A model generated the notes under the pieces. It saw nothing but the letters and a program-made list of their open reading frames with translations. It made no database searches and was not told the origin of the DNA. Positions 13,001 through 25,518 of a stretch of 60,946 nucleotides of DNA are shown piece after piece. The DNA lies in NCBI GenBank assembly GCA_000934665.2, contig KZ538586.1, positions 1 through 60,946 on the forward strand, read 5' to 3'. Positions within the stretch are counted from its first letter, which is position 1, and the number at the start of each line of letters is the position of its first letter. Made by a program: the position numbers and the translations under genes. This DNA comes from Catajapyx aquilonaris. Taxonomy: Eukaryota.

Positions 13001-13225
13001 CTTTGAGTGGTTTTCAGCCCCATTTGAGTGATTTTTCACTCAACCTTCACCTTAAAATTGGAAGCAATTAATTTGAGTCGTTTACTTGAGCACTTTTATG
13101 TCGCTCAAAATGTGAGCATTACCTGAATCAGTTTGAGCACTATGTGACTCCATTTGAGTATAAATTCTTCTCAATTTGAGTATTCTCAAGACCTCAAATT
13201 TGAGTGACTTACCTTCACTCGAATT
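13001..13225. repeat. Cluster of TTTGAG/CTCAA motifs, probable MITE interior
   Basis: About a dozen TTTGAG or CTCAA hits in both orientations in ~220 bp; ends not resolved. Confidence 0.4.
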
Positions 13226-13574
13226 TTGTGCGATCCTACCCCTGACCTTTTTCCTACAATACTAAAAATTGTTGCAGTATCACTACGAAAGGTTCATTAA
13301 GATAAACATGTTATTTTCTCCATCATAGCGCTTATAATAATTGTTTAACTCGAAAATGGGCCACGTTCATCAAAAAGCATAATTTATAATACGAGCAATC
13401 GTAGCAATACTGCAGCAGTCTTGCCATATATACAGTATACATATGGAACTCATTTCTAGTCAGACTGCCGATTAAGTAGGTGCCATTAATCCTTATCGTC
13501 GGGTATTCTATCGCAAATCAGGATAATGGTTCTCACAAAATATAGAGAGCGGACGCCATTGCCCAAAATCTTTC

Positions 13575-13640
13575 GCCTACCCCCAAAATATTGTGTTCGC
13601 GTACCCCCAGGGGTATGCATACCCCAGTTTGAAAACCACT
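13575..13640. mobile_element. hAT MITE right-end fragment
   Basis: GTACCCCCAGGGGTATGCATACCCCAGTTTGAAAACCACTG, a typical Charlie-like end; left end not found. Confidence 0.55.
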
Positions 13641-13864
13641 GATTCTACACAGTCGTTATAGAAATATTGTAGTTAATCTTATTGTAGCAATTTTGCACGG
13701 GAGTTAACTTACCGCTTTCCTTTTAGATGCTCATAACTTTAACCTAAATGGCTGATGAGTACACTGATGTAACCAGTCACGTCATCGATATTTTTTCTGG
13801 GTACCGTAGTGCAAAATACCGTACATTTTGAATGTGCAAAGGAAAGCATTTTATAAGTCATTAA

Positions 13865-14614
13865 TAGAGTCCGGATTTTCAGGCACGCAAAAACACCGAA
13901 ATAGGCTCGAAAAACCCCTCAAATAGGTACAAAAAACCTCAAATATAGGCACGAAATTTTTACTTTTTCGGGAGTATAAAGGGTAATGTTACAGAAAATA
14001 AAAAAGCTAGAATAATTATTTTATAGCCTTAAAGTATAAATATACGGACACAAACCATAGCAAAAACCGAATAACAACGATAAACTGACAGGAAATCACA
14101 AAACTTGGGCAAAAGACACAGTGCAAGAAAGTATCACTTGCTCTGGACTCTACCGTTTATACAGTCTGTTTCCACTTGCACAATATGTTGCCAATTTTTT
14201 TACTAAGATTTCCTATGTTTGGAACAATCAGAGGAAATTTTTTTAAAATATTTGGAATACACGTCACAGAAACATGATTCGTAGTATTACTTCTCAACGA
14301 CTTTGGTCCTTTCAGAAGTACAATACATACTCCACCAAAAAAAAAAAAGAAACATGCCTCTGAAGAAATAGGCCCAAAGAGTCCCGAAATTGCTTCTGAA
14401 GGTACAAAAACTATCCCAAGAAAGGCAAAATAGGCATGAAAAATCGCAAAAATCCACAATAATAGTTCCCAAAACCACGAAATAGGACATTTTAGGCACT
14501 ATACACCCTATACATTTTCCGCATCCTGCACTTACGAAACGGATAGATCTCTTCACAAAACCATCGCAAGTGTTAAGGAACTAAATAGGCAATTGCCTAA
14601 AAATTCGGACTCTA
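13865..14614. mobile_element. 750-bp non-autonomous element with 8-bp TSD (hAT-like, TAGAG...CTCTA ends; family H1, copy 1)
   Basis: TIR TAGAGTCCGGATTTT / AAAATTCGGACTCTA; perfect TSD GTCATTAA (13857-13864, 14615-14622); many AAATAGG motifs. Confidence 0.9.
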
Positions 14615-15649
14615 GTCATTAATAAACTTCAAACTATCCCCATCGCATTGCAAGTGCATTCATCAACGGCATAGTTAATTTCTCCAAAAGATAATGTTTG
14701 CATCTCCTGATTTAGCGACCATATTTTTAGGCCGAATACCAAACACTTATCTGGTTTATGAAAGGATAAAGTTATAGCGTACAAAATGTATCGAGTACTA
14801 GTCCCACATGAGAAGACCAAACAAGAATCTGATAGGCGATAATCGCTCTTCCTTTAAAGGGAAGTCTGGGAATGGCCAGAACTGCAGGTAATTATTGACG
14901 CTGGGGAACCCATTCCTCGTTAAATGAAGGTAAAAAATTTAAACTCTCCCTACGGCAAACTTGCAGGTGAATTATTCACTGGACGAGTTTCAGCGCCACC
15001 GATAAGAATGTGAGCTCAGTTACGTTACACACGGCATACGACATGAAATGACCTTTTCACTTATTGCTTTGAGTGGTCACATAATCTTGTAGTATTAATT
15101 TTTAACTTGGCCTTTCCGAGTCAGATAAAGAGAATTGTTACTATACCTGATACTAACAGAAATGCAGCCTCAGTTTTGAGATATGGTATACTGTATGGGT
15201 CTTAGACACATTTTTGATAGAAATGCATTGCAATCTCTGATTATTACCTCCAAGATTGTTAGTGAACCAAGGCATTGCGGGACAAAAATTCATGTATGTA
15301 AAGAAAACAAGGATTTACATTACGGATGAAAAGGGACGTCGTCGGGGTGGTCACCTTGCCTCAATTTCTTTCTATACTGTATAGCGATGGAGTTTCAAGC
15401 ACGGTAGATACAAAGCACGGTATGATACAAAGATAGTGTGATGAAGCGGGGCAATCCGTGAACTACTCTTATTTTGATAATGAATACTATTGAGGTTCAT
15501 TGGTGGAAAAGTATTGGATTGTTAAACATGCTAAACATCATTTACATATTATTAAGTCGATGAAGCATTATTTTATATCGCTTCATTTTTCATGGCACTC
15601 GTACATTCATGACATACGGTCCTTCAGTTCACTTACGCTGTGAGAGACT

Positions 15650-16001
15650 TAATTTTAATTGTGTTAGTGCACCGCCTATTTGATGGGCATATGGCACGGT
15701 ACCTTTATTTGCTTTTTTTAAATGGTGTACACTGTACAAGCATGGTCCTTTTCCGTAATGCCCGGGTACCGCGAGCGAGGGAGGATTTTCTGGGAGGGGA
15801 AATATGCAGCTGCAGGTGCGAGTGCAATGTCGTTTTGTGCAGTCCCCTGGGTGTGGTTAGTCTCAAGGAATCCCACCCGATACGAAGCCAGAGAGCGAAA
15901 CACCGCACGAGATGAGAAAGGGAAGGCCTGGATTTTGGATCGAACCCGGGACATTTCTATCCGTGGGAGCGAGCGTTACCGCTGCGCCACTCCACCTCCC
16001 C
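15650..16001 (-). mobile_element. tRNA-derived SINE, tRNA-Arg(ACG)-like head (family S1)
   Basis: Minus strand GTGGCGCAGCGGTAACGC...ACGGAT...GGGTTCGATCC; body similar to 33967-34306; tail boundary approximate. Confidence 0.85.
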
Positions 16002-16236
16002 ATTGTGATAGACTATAATCAAAGGCAGAGCATGTCTACCTTTTTCCTCCAGCACACCGGAACAAGTCCATATAATGGCCCCGCCTGTTTTCCCGGAAGA
16101 GCTAAACTTATTTTGATAAAAGGCCCATTCACCACCGATTTTTCCTATTTTGGAGACTTCCAGTTCTACCCAAATTAATCAAGCTTGGCGGGAGTTATGA
16201 GGGCTTTTGTCTTTTTGGGTGCGTGACGACTAAAAA

Positions 16237-16298
16237 TGAAGGGTTCTCTGCAATAACCAGGTAAGCGCACTTACCTGGTTATTGCAGAGAACCCTTCA
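16237..16298. repeat. Perfect hairpin, 29-bp arms and 4-nt loop
   Basis: TGAAGGGTTCTCTGCAATAACCAGGTAAG-CGCA-CTTACCTGGTTATTGCAGAGAACCCTTCA. Confidence 0.95.
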
Positions 16299-16374
16299 AA
16301 TACAGCAGTCTGTTACTGACGCCAAATTGTAAATATTACAAAAAAATGTTAAGGAAACAAGTCCCGGGGCCTGA

Positions 16375-16485
16375 AATCCTAACCGTGGTTTTCTGTGGTT
16401 TCCCACGGTCCCTCCAGGAGAATTCCGGAATTGCTTCCTAAATAATTAGGCCACAGCCGCTTCCTTCCGTCCCAATCCTATCCCA
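16375..16485 (+). mobile_element. Headless SINE body fragment (family S2)
   Basis: GTGGTTTTCTGTGGTTTCCCACGGTCCCTCCAGG...TAGGCCACAGCCGCTTCCTT matches the reverse complement of the SINE body at ~22410-22500. Confidence 0.7.
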
Positions 16486-16651
16486 AACAGCAAAGTAAAA
16501 ATGAAAGCAAGGAGTTCCAGTCAAAACAAAATTGGGATGAACTCCCCCCCCCCCTAAAGACCCGCCGGCTGATAACATGGTATAAATTATAGAATTATTA
16601 TTATAAATTGTTAAGGAAACCTTAGTTTATTAATGTTAATGTATTTAAATA

Positions 16652-17424
16652 CGAGGTCGGTTTGAAAAGGTTTTCCTCCTATAGGCGATTATTTCGATAA
16701 TATGCAACATAATCGCATAAGCTATATGTCTGGTGAAAGCTTGGAATGTCCTCTGCCAGGGAGTTTCATTACCTTCACATTAAGTCACCATCCCCATCCA
16801 TACGCATGCGCCAACATCAGACCAGTTGTTGCATCACGTCGGAGAAGAAATTATACGTCTTCTCTCGGCATCGCGGCACCAGCAATGCTCATCTGCTTGC
16901 ATCTCTGCATCACTGGTGTAATAGTGTCCATGCAGGCTCTTTCATCTTCGTAAAAATGACAAATCACAAGGTGAGAGATCCGGGCTGTATGGCAATCCTA
17001 CACTATGACAATGCTTGTCCATGCACGAGTCGACAAACGCAGGATGCATTGCAACATCCCAGACGACATACAGCCCGAATCTCTCAGCTTGCGACTTTTC
17101 CTTTTCACTAACCTAAGTTGAAAGAACCCTGAATGGACACTATTAAACCAGTGTTGCGGAGATGCAAGCAGATGTGCATCTCTGGTGGCGGGAGAAGACG
17201 CCTGATTCCTTCTCCGTCAGGATACAACAACATACTGGTCCGATGTTGACACATATGCGTATGGATGAGGATGGTGACTAATGGAAAAGTAACAAAACCC
17301 CCTGGTAGAGGACATTCCAAGTTTCCACCAGACATAATTATGCATATGTATAGTAGTTTGTGCGATTATTTTGCATATTAGCGAAATTATCGCCTAGGAG
17401 GCAAAAATTTTCAAACTGCCCTCG
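16652..17424. mobile_element. mariner-derived MITE whose two arms are both the transposase 3' end
   Basis: TA|CGAGG..GTTTGAAAA ... TTTTCAAACTGCCCTCG|TA; PYSPDLSPCD on minus (~16961-16992) and TYSPNLSACDF on plus (~17066-17098); ILHYDNACPCTSRQTQDAL in the spacer. Confidence 0.88.
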
Positions 17425-17502
17425 TATTAACACTTTACTCGAAAAGTCGAGAATAACATGCGTACGGAATTGCTCTGGCGTAGTTTTTTTTTTCAGAAAC
17501 TA

Positions 17503-17632
17503 CAGTAAAACAGGGAGGCTTCCTTATAGAGTTCTGTGCTTTAAAATATCCAAACTTCTCTAACTCGAATATTTTATAACTCGAAGTTTTTTTTACGGTC
17601 CCATGGAGATTCAACTTATAGAAGTTTTACTG
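17503..17632. mobile_element. pogo/Tigger-like MITE remnant
   Basis: TA|CAGTAAAAC ... GTTTTACTG with repeated TAACTCGAA motifs. Confidence 0.5.
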
Positions 17633-17916
17633 GTAGGTGTATATCGATTGTAATTTTTATATACAGTATATACCGGTACCGTATCATTAGTCTCAAACAC
17701 ATTCAAAATGCACCCATGGCAATCATATGTAATAACGAGATATAAAATGTCAGAATGCGTATAGGTCAAAGTTTGTGACTTTTAAGCCGTATAGGCTACG
17801 TTAGCATCATAATCACTATTCATACACATGCACGTCAACTTATTAGCACAAGAGTTTCAGGATCGAGCCAATTGCAGTTTGTTTTTAATAAAGGGCGAAG
17901 TGTAGCAACTTTCGAC

Positions 17917-17917
<1 letters not shown>

Positions 17918-18000
<83 letters not shown>

Positions 18001-18303
18001 TTTACCCCATTATATTTTGGAGGGTGGCACACCACCTTCAGTTTTCTGATTGGTTTAACTTCAATCTCCGGTGCAAGGAATCAAGGACATAGGGTAATGA
18101 TAGGGATTTTTGGGGGGAGGGAACATGGGTGCAAGTGCAATGTCTGAAAAGGGTTCATGTGCAGTCCCCCAGGAGGTTAGATTGCCAGACACCTCCCAAG
18201 TGCAGGTCAGAGACCCTCCAGACCTGCTCCCAGGCGGGGATCGAACCTGGGAACTTTGACTCAGAAAGCCGTGAAGTTTCCATCTGGGCCACAACACCTC
18301 CCC
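17918..18303 (-). mobile_element. tRNA-derived SINE with (ATT)n tail; body related to S1, head different
   Basis: Minus-strand A-box-like TGGCCCAGATGG and B box GGTTCGATCCC; (AAT)n at 17918-17997; shares GTGCAAGTGCAATGTC and GTGCAGTCCCC blocks with 15650-16001. Confidence 0.8.
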
Positions 18304-18309
18304 GTAGTT

Positions 18310-18359
<50 letters not shown>
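18304..18359. repeat. (AGT)n microsatellite
   Basis: Tandem GTA run. Confidence 0.95.
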
Positions 18360-19115
18360 CTTGTTAATAAAGGAGGCTTCCTGCACTACTTGACTGAGGG
18401 AGATTATGTTATAGGTCTGCATTGTACCAACCTTGCGGGGAATTTGAGCAATATTACTCAAATGGTAGGCACATAGCCGGGAATGAAAAGCCTTGCCTGA
18501 ACTTTCCTCCACTCCTCCCCCACCCACTTTGCCGGCCACATTTCCCTGCTCCCGACGAAGTGAAGAAAAGTTGTGACCACTTTCTGCTAAACTTAGGTGC
18601 TTTTGTGTGTCCACGATGTGTCGGGCCAAGCTTTATTGTTCTGAAAGTTTGCCATCATCAGGACGTTTTCTCAACTTTGCCAAAATTACCTACTGTTCCA
18701 AAAAAAAGTTGGAATTATGAATCACGAGTTCCTAGTCCTTTGTTATTCCTTATGCATCATTAAATATTATGAATATGAGGCTATTCACGATGCTAAATCG
18801 CAATTTATTTTGTTGAATTTTTATGTGGATAGTATAACATGGAAAGAAAATATAATATGACATAAGAAAAAATATACAGACAATGTCGTTTTCACTCCAA
18901 TCAGGTAGGAAGTTGAATTGACTTCAATTTACTATAAAGGTAGGCTACAGTATTACAGGCTAATTAGCAAGCAACGCATCAGCGCTGTTATTATTGAATT
19001 TCACCTTGTTGGTGAACCCGTGATTGTTCCGGGCACTCAAAAGTCTGTGGCGGCTTGCGCAGGTGGCAGCCGCCAGCAGGAGATGGCAGCACCTTACCTT
19101 ACTGAGGGTTGTGAG

Positions 19116-19452
19116 CATGGTTGTAGAAGACTCAGGTTAGGTCACTCCCCACCCACCCCCTGCCGAGGGATTTTGCAGTGGGTGCTGACCTGAGACCGCC
19201 ACGAGACATTTCCCAGAGCATTTATGTGGCGACCCTACCGGACTAAGGCTGAACTTTATAGGTACGAAAGGGGAGGGCTTGGGGGGCCCAACATGGCCGC
19301 CGGCGGCCATGTTGGGCCCCCCAATGTAGCCCTCCCCTTTCGTACCTATAAATGCTCTGGGAAATGTCTCGTGGCGGTCTCAGGTGAGCACCCACTGCAA
19401 AACCCCTCGGCAGGTGATAAGCCCAGAAGATAGGGGTAGTGTCCGTGGGCTG
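19116..19452 (-). mobile_element. Palindromic element with asymmetric ends and 8-bp TSD (family Z, copy A)
   Basis: TSD GTTGTGAG (19108-19115, 19453-19460); internal foldback centred on CATGGCCGCCGGCGGCCATG; one arm has a deletion at an ATAAA microhomology. Confidence 0.9.
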
Positions 19453-19870
19453 GTTGTGAGGATGAGGTGGGAGGCAGGGAGGAGGCGCGAGGAGATGGAG
19501 AGGGGCCAGGGTAGAGGCAGGGCCTGGTAGAGGGTGGTGGTGTTTTTGAGTAGTCTCCCTCCTGTGCACTCGGCTGGGGGGACTTTGGGCCCCATGGGTA
19601 TACGTGAGTTGATGTGTATGACTGTGTACTGAGCGTTTGTGATTAAATACAGTTTATACAGGAACTGTGTCTCCTTTGTTGGGTGAGTGGAACAAGGGAT
19701 CTGGGGCTAGGCCTAGTGAGTGTCTGGGTCTGGTCCCATGTGTCGTGCCCTCTTTAGCCGAGCGGGCACGTCACAAGTCGTTGTTCGAGGAGTGAGAAGA
19801 ATTCCAGATTCATCAATAGCTTTGTTGAGCTCGATAGGGAAGATTCCATCTAAATTATTACAGCTTGCAT

Positions 19871-19991
<121 letters not shown>

Positions 19992-20153
19992 GTTATGAAA
20001 ATTACACACTCAGAAAAACGTAATAAAGTAAACCATTACATTTTGATTAATGCATCAAGTTTCGGTAATATTACTAACATTTTTGAGAAAATCATGAATA
20101 ATTATGAAGAGATCTAAATCCGGATCTACCCACCACCACCACCACTTCCCCCC

Positions 20154-20163
20154 NNNNNNNNNN
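20154..20163. other. Short N gap inside a poly-C run
   Basis: 10 N. Confidence 1.
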
Positions 20164-20532
20164 NCCCCCCCCCCCACTCACGTCCGTAGAGAGCCGGCAA
20201 CGTCGCAAGGTTGGGGATAAATCGTCCCCCGTGCACAGTTCCTTCGATGTCAATTACCTCCCACCGGTCATAGGCTGTGACTCTGATCTCTTGGCCAGTT
20301 GAAGCATTTTGTGATATTTTTCGAATCCTGGAGTAAAGTGTTTCTATTTTTAAATTGGTTGGGATCCTACTGTACCATTCTCCTGCAAATGTTTTAGAAG
20401 TAGGCCTATACTGTTTGTTACCTATTTCATCAACTGTTTTGGCAATTTTTGGCCCCCTTTCTTTCATTCCACCCCTTGTCCCCTCTCTTTGGGAGTAACA
20501 CCCAAAACTAATTGTAATATGTTACAAATATA

Positions 20533-21909
20533 TTAGGTGCAGTCAATAAATAACGAGCTGTATTTATTGTGGAAAAACCGAGGGAAAAACTATGGGACAT
20601 GGAATAACGCCGATTGGCAGGGATACCCTTCAAACCTTAAATAAAATGATGTGCATGTGCGGCTAGAGGGAGTAGGCGTCGCATCACGTGATCAAAAGGG
20701 AAGCGACCCACCGAAAGCGCCATCCAAGCGCAATCCCTACATGAGAGAATGCCATGATAATTCCCGATCCCATACAGCAAATTTCATCAAAGATCTTGTT
20801 CGCAAAATGAAGTGGAGGTCCTCTGCCATCCCCCCACTACAGTACCCACATGTACCCCTGTGACTCTCACATTTTTGGTAAACTGAAGAAAGCTTTGCGC
20901 GGAGGCGGATTCCATAATTGGACGGTGTTATGCTACAAGGAACCAACCAACAGAAGTATGAATGTCCAGAAAGTAGAGTTAAGTTTAACGTGTCTTTTAA
21001 AAAGGGGGATTAAAATATTCATAAAGGCCTCAGTGTAGAACTTAAATGAAGGTGTTTGAGAAATATCAGACCATTCTAGTAGGTAACGGTAAACCCCCGA
21101 AATCAGGATTGGTTCTCTTTTGCTTAATGCGGAAACCCCTTTATGAAGGTTGATTTTCATTTGTTTAATGGAACATGTTTGTCTGGAAGGCATATTACTT
21201 ACCCTGTCAATAGTATTGTAAACACCATACAGTATTCCATAATATCCTGCATTGACGTACAGTATGTTTCTACGATTATGTTCATGTAGGTCAAACGGTC
21301 TACGATCTGCAAAAAGGAACCAAGCCCATACTACCGGTATTTTGAATGTGTTTTGGTTCCTTCTTGAAGTACGCGTTATAGTCAACCACAGCGGTATGGA
21401 TTGGTTCGTGCCCCTCTAGAGGGCAGCACCATGCAGGGCAGGCTTGGTTCTTTATTGCAGGACACGTGTGAAGCTGGTAGCTGGTCAGCAATGCACAACA
21501 TGGAAATTTTGAAAAAAATAGGGTTGGTTCCTTGTTGCATAACACGGTCCAATTATGGACGATGAAGTGGAGGAGGGGTTGCGGATATGGTTCCAGGAAC
21601 AACCCGAAGACTTCTATCAGCAGGCCATTGTAGGCCTCATGTCTCAGTGGGATAAGTGTCTAAATCATCACGGGCAATACTTTTGAAAAAAGTTAAATGT
21701 TACATTGATTATTTTTTATTGACTGGACGGCTCTTTCAGAGGGTCGCTTCCTTTTCGATCACATGATGCGACACCTCCTCCCTCTAGCCGAACATGCGCA
21801 TGCGCATCATTTTCATAGGTGTGAAGGTTATCCCTGCCAACCAGCGTTATGGCATGTCCCATAGTTTTTTCACAATAACTACGGCTCGTTATTTATTGAC
21901 TGCCCTTAA
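20533..21909 (+). mobile_element. Non-autonomous mariner with ~190-bp long TIRs and a C-terminal transposase relic, interrupted by a nested element
   Basis: TA|TTAGGTGCAGTCAATAAATAACGAGC ... GCTCGTTATTTATTGACTGCCCTTAA|TA; peptides HDNSRSHTANFIKDLVRKMKW, PCDSHIFGKLKKALRG and DDEVEEGLRIWFQEQPEDFYQQAIVGLMSQWDKCLNHHGQYF*. Confidence 0.9.
20917..21553. mobile_element. Nested TIR element (superfamily uncertain)
   Basis: ATTGGACGGTGTTATGCTACAAGGAACCAACC ... GGTTGGTTCCTTGTTGCATAACACGGTCCAAT with TA on both sides; internal GGAACCAA motifs. Confidence 0.85.
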
Positions 21910-21987
21910 TACATCATTCGGGTGATCTGAAAGAGTTCTGTCGAACTTTCGAAAAACGACGCATCGGCAGAGGCGGTAAGGTCACCC

Positions 21988-22127
21988 CAGCCCCCGGACA
22001 CTCATACTACCTTCTCATTTTATCGCCTGCCGAGGCATTTTGCAGCGGGTGCTCATCTGAGCGGCAGCTGCAAAACGCACCGGCAGGGGGTGGGTGGGAG
22101 TGACCAGACCTCACTTATATGACCGTG
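21988..22127 (+). mobile_element. Family Z, copy B (140-bp internally deleted form)
   Basis: CAGCCCCCGGACACTC ... GGGAGTGACCAGACC...TATGACCGTG; flanks GGTCACCC / GTCCACCC (6/8). Confidence 0.85.
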
Positions 22128-22342
22128 GTCCACCCTCTTCGTTAGTTTCCTGCAAACTCGACCTGACCTCTATGTGCAGATGAGTTGTCTTTCTAAAGTA
22201 CCATATGGCAGAGTATTCCTTAGAACTTTGGAAAGTTCAAATGGGGTAGCAACTCTTATTTGGGAAGCATTCCAGGACTGGGGCATTATTACTTACATCA
22301 TCTGTGTTGGGAATGAATCTACCTCTCTGTTAACGTATCCAG

Positions 22343-22606
22343 TTTGTTTTAGTTGGGGAAGCCCAGGCAACTAAGGCCATGAGGCTCAGGGGAGGGATGG
22401 GGCCAAGGATAGGGAAGAAAGGAATCGGCTGTGGCCTATTATATGGACGCTACCCCGGAATTATCCTGGGGGGACCGTGGAAAACCACAGAAAATCACGT
22501 AAACGTAACGGTCCAAGCAACGGTCAGAATCGCCGGCACCGGTATCGAACCCAGGACCTCCCGATTAGCAGTCGGACGCCTTAACCACTACACCAACCTG
22601 CATCGG
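22343..22606 (-). mobile_element. Full-length tRNA-derived SINE (family S2)
   Basis: Minus-strand A box TGGTGTAGTGG, B box GGTTCGATACC; TSD TGTTAACGTATCCAG (22328-22342) / TGTTATCGTATCCAG (22607-22621). Confidence 0.9.
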
Positions 22607-23199
22607 TGTTATCGTATCCAGATGCAACAGGAGGAAGATTGTGAGAGAAATATATTCGTCCATTATCTATACCCATCTACCCTGCTGTTGAATAAGGTTA
22701 CCAATAAATTCAATATTTCCCTACAAAAGATCGAAAGAAAACCGCCTTTCCAGCAAAAAAATAACAAAATGCATTCTTTCTCACTTATAAAAATGCCACA
22801 CTGGATATTTTAAAAGTAGATACTGACAAAACCAATCAACCAATAAGGCCTATATTTGATGAAATAGCTTCTAAGAGTAAAAGTAGACTAATGTAGACTA
22901 ATGTTCTGTATTTTGATAAACCATTAACTTACTTGGGTTGCCTTCCTTTCAAGAAAAGCTTCTAGTTCCCAACAAAACTTGTTTTGTGAGCCTACACAAT
23001 TTACAATAAATATATAATTATGACGCCACTTTCACACAGAATTGGCATATTTTGGGGCAGAAAATACACATGGAGAATTGTGGTAAATGAGAAGTAATTT
23101 TCACCCGGTACTCTGAATGGCAGTCTTTATATCTCCAATGATGTGAAATAATCCTAATGATTGTGTCTCATAATCCTTTCCAGCTCTATAGTATATACG

Positions 23200-23450
23200 A
23201 TGTTCGTCATTGGACGTAACTGCATCGCCCTCCAAATTGTCTCAACTCTCCCGTCAAGAAAGCTGGCTATAAATTCCTCATAGCAGAAGGAATCACATGA
23301 CTGCATTATTCTCCGGAGGGTCCAGGATCGACAAAGTTCATTGCCTATATAAAATTGCCAAATGTAGAGTAGGCTGACGTGAGGAGGTCTAGCCCGGCTG
23401 ATATTATGTCGGCCATGCCATTTGAATTGAAGCTTTATGAGGATCCCTTG
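23200..23450 (-). pseudogene. Very decayed Tc1/mariner-superfamily transposase C-terminal fossil
   Basis: ORF 23154-23513 contains KWHGRHNISRARPPHVSLLYIWQFY and LRRIMQSCD, weakly like RWIGRGGPIxWPARSPDLTPLDFFLWG...LRxRIxxAC. Confidence 0.3.
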
Positions 23451-24352
23451 TACTTGACTGAACTGTACTGTACAGTACAATCCTGTTTCGGCAGTGTGTG
23501 GAACGGATCCCAAGGTCGAGACTTTCCGCTCGATTCATTCGCATGGCTCTCATTTTTCTCTTAGTCCATGTAACAAGGGGGCAATTAGTTGCAGCAGCTG
23601 CTAAGGGGGCGTGTCTACCAGAAATTTATGACGTCATTTCAGGCTATTACGAAGCGCTAAAAAAGTAATGCGGCAAGACTGGAATATTGCAAGGTTCGGA
23701 ATCCAATAGGACTTTTTATGAGGAACATAATATTGACGGTTTGCGTGTCATCCATCATACAGCATTTATTGAGGAGAGCGAGCGAATATGGTGCTAGCCA
23801 GGGCTCAAATGATCGGATGTTTGGCAATAACAAGAGCATGTTGGTAATCACGTCCATCTGAGATCACATCCATTAAGTCGCCTCCACTATAGCCCAGATC
23901 ACATTACGCAATCTAATACTATACTCTGGTGAGAGCTACAGTCCTACAGAACGTTCAGCCTTCGATGTAATCACTTTCCGTGACCGATGAAATCTACGAT
24001 GTCGTTAGATAATTACCGAAAAATACTATCTCGAGCTATCTTGTTACTACTCATGTGACTCGTGTTATTCAATAGGCCAGTTTGAACAGGTATATGGGAT
24101 CTTCTGGGCCATTTGCCTTTGTAGGCCTATAGTTTAACTTGCATATGTTTCTCACATAATTATGATGATGATGATGATGATGATGATAATCATCTTAGCC
24201 CTATATTAATAAAAATAGCTGACATTACGAGGCTTCACTGATATTTGAAAGAAAAATACAAACATTTTAATGTGCAAACGCAACTAACATTATTTTGTAA
24301 AGCGGTAACATTTTATTTCACTTGAACTCATGTATGTGCAAGTGTGCTTATA

Positions 24353-24514
24353 CAGTGTTGGACATTAATCGAGTCATACTTCTAGCGACAATTTCCGAAG
24401 CGGCAGAAGAACTAATCGAAGCAATGGATAGTGCAAGCCGTGCGAGCAAGATTCGTTCTTCTGCCGCTTCGGAAAATGTCGCTAGCAGTATGACTCGATT
24501 AATGTCCAACACTG
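24353..24514. mobile_element. Family M1 MITE, copy 2 (162 bp)
   Basis: TA|CAGTGTTGGACATTAATCGAG ... CTCGATTAATGTCCAACACTG|TA. Confidence 0.9.
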
Positions 24515-25046
24515 TACCATATATTATTCTGAACCGTCTCCGCCACATATTGTTGCCGAGACGCTTCCGATTGGCCCGTGTTCTATGCATGCGCAATGGG
24601 TTGTAGGCAGCGCCTCTGGTGGGTTAGAGGAAGAACTGTCAATTCGTTCGTTGTTGGCCAGAGGGTTCACTTCTCTCTCTCCCCATCTTCACACCCAGAC
24701 CCCCTACTCCCTTCCCTACCATCACATCCGCGCCCCTCTCCGCCCCCTCCATCCACCCTCTCCCCTCCTGTTCCACCCCCTCCTCCCCCGCGCGCACCCC
24801 CCGTTCTAAACATTCTAATCAACAACAAAACAATAGAACAGCGGCAGGTGTCAAAGAGAGGGCAAACGTTCCAAACACTCTGTACTCATTGTGCGAGTGC
24901 GATCACATAGCGCGTTCCAACCATTCCATCCCAGGGCACATAGCAAAACAGAATAGACCAGACAGTGCAGGTCTCTGTCCGGATTCGGGTCGCGGATGGT
25001 TGTTAGATCCATGGGCGTCACCACTGGGTAAGTCTGAAGTGATATA

Positions 25047-25254
25047 CAGGGTGGTCCAACATCAAGTGTCGTTTTATAACGGCTATTAATAGAAACGCTT
25101 TACGATTGACGTAGCAGCGACGTGTAAAATTGCCCACTTCGATAGCGCCGAAGATGCGCCGAAGTGGGACATTTTACGCGTCGCTGCTACGTCATCGCAA
25201 AATGACTGCTATTAATCGCCGTTATAAAACGACACTTGATGTTGGGCCACCCTG
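25047..25254. mobile_element. 208-bp palindromic Tc1/mariner-type MITE
   Basis: TA|CAGGGTGGTCCAACATCAAGTGTCGTTTTATAACGGC ... GCCGTTATAAAACGACACTTGATGTTGGGCCACCCTG|TA. Confidence 0.92.
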
Positions 25255-25518
25255 TATATTAACAATATGGCATCCACCGCAGCCGCAGGCCTAGATAAAA
25301 GCGAGCGAAACGAGTGGCTTTCTGGGCCTGCGCCCTAGAAAAATGCCACCGTAGCGAGGGTTTTTCTACTCGCAGTAGGTATTTAAAATGGAATCTGTTA
25401 TTAATTACGTATAAGGCTTTTGTTTACTGACAAACTCGCCCCTAACCTTTTCTCAAGGGCAGTTATACGTCTAGGCCGCCCCTTTCAAGATGATGGGAAG
25501 AAGTCAGCGAGACGTATA

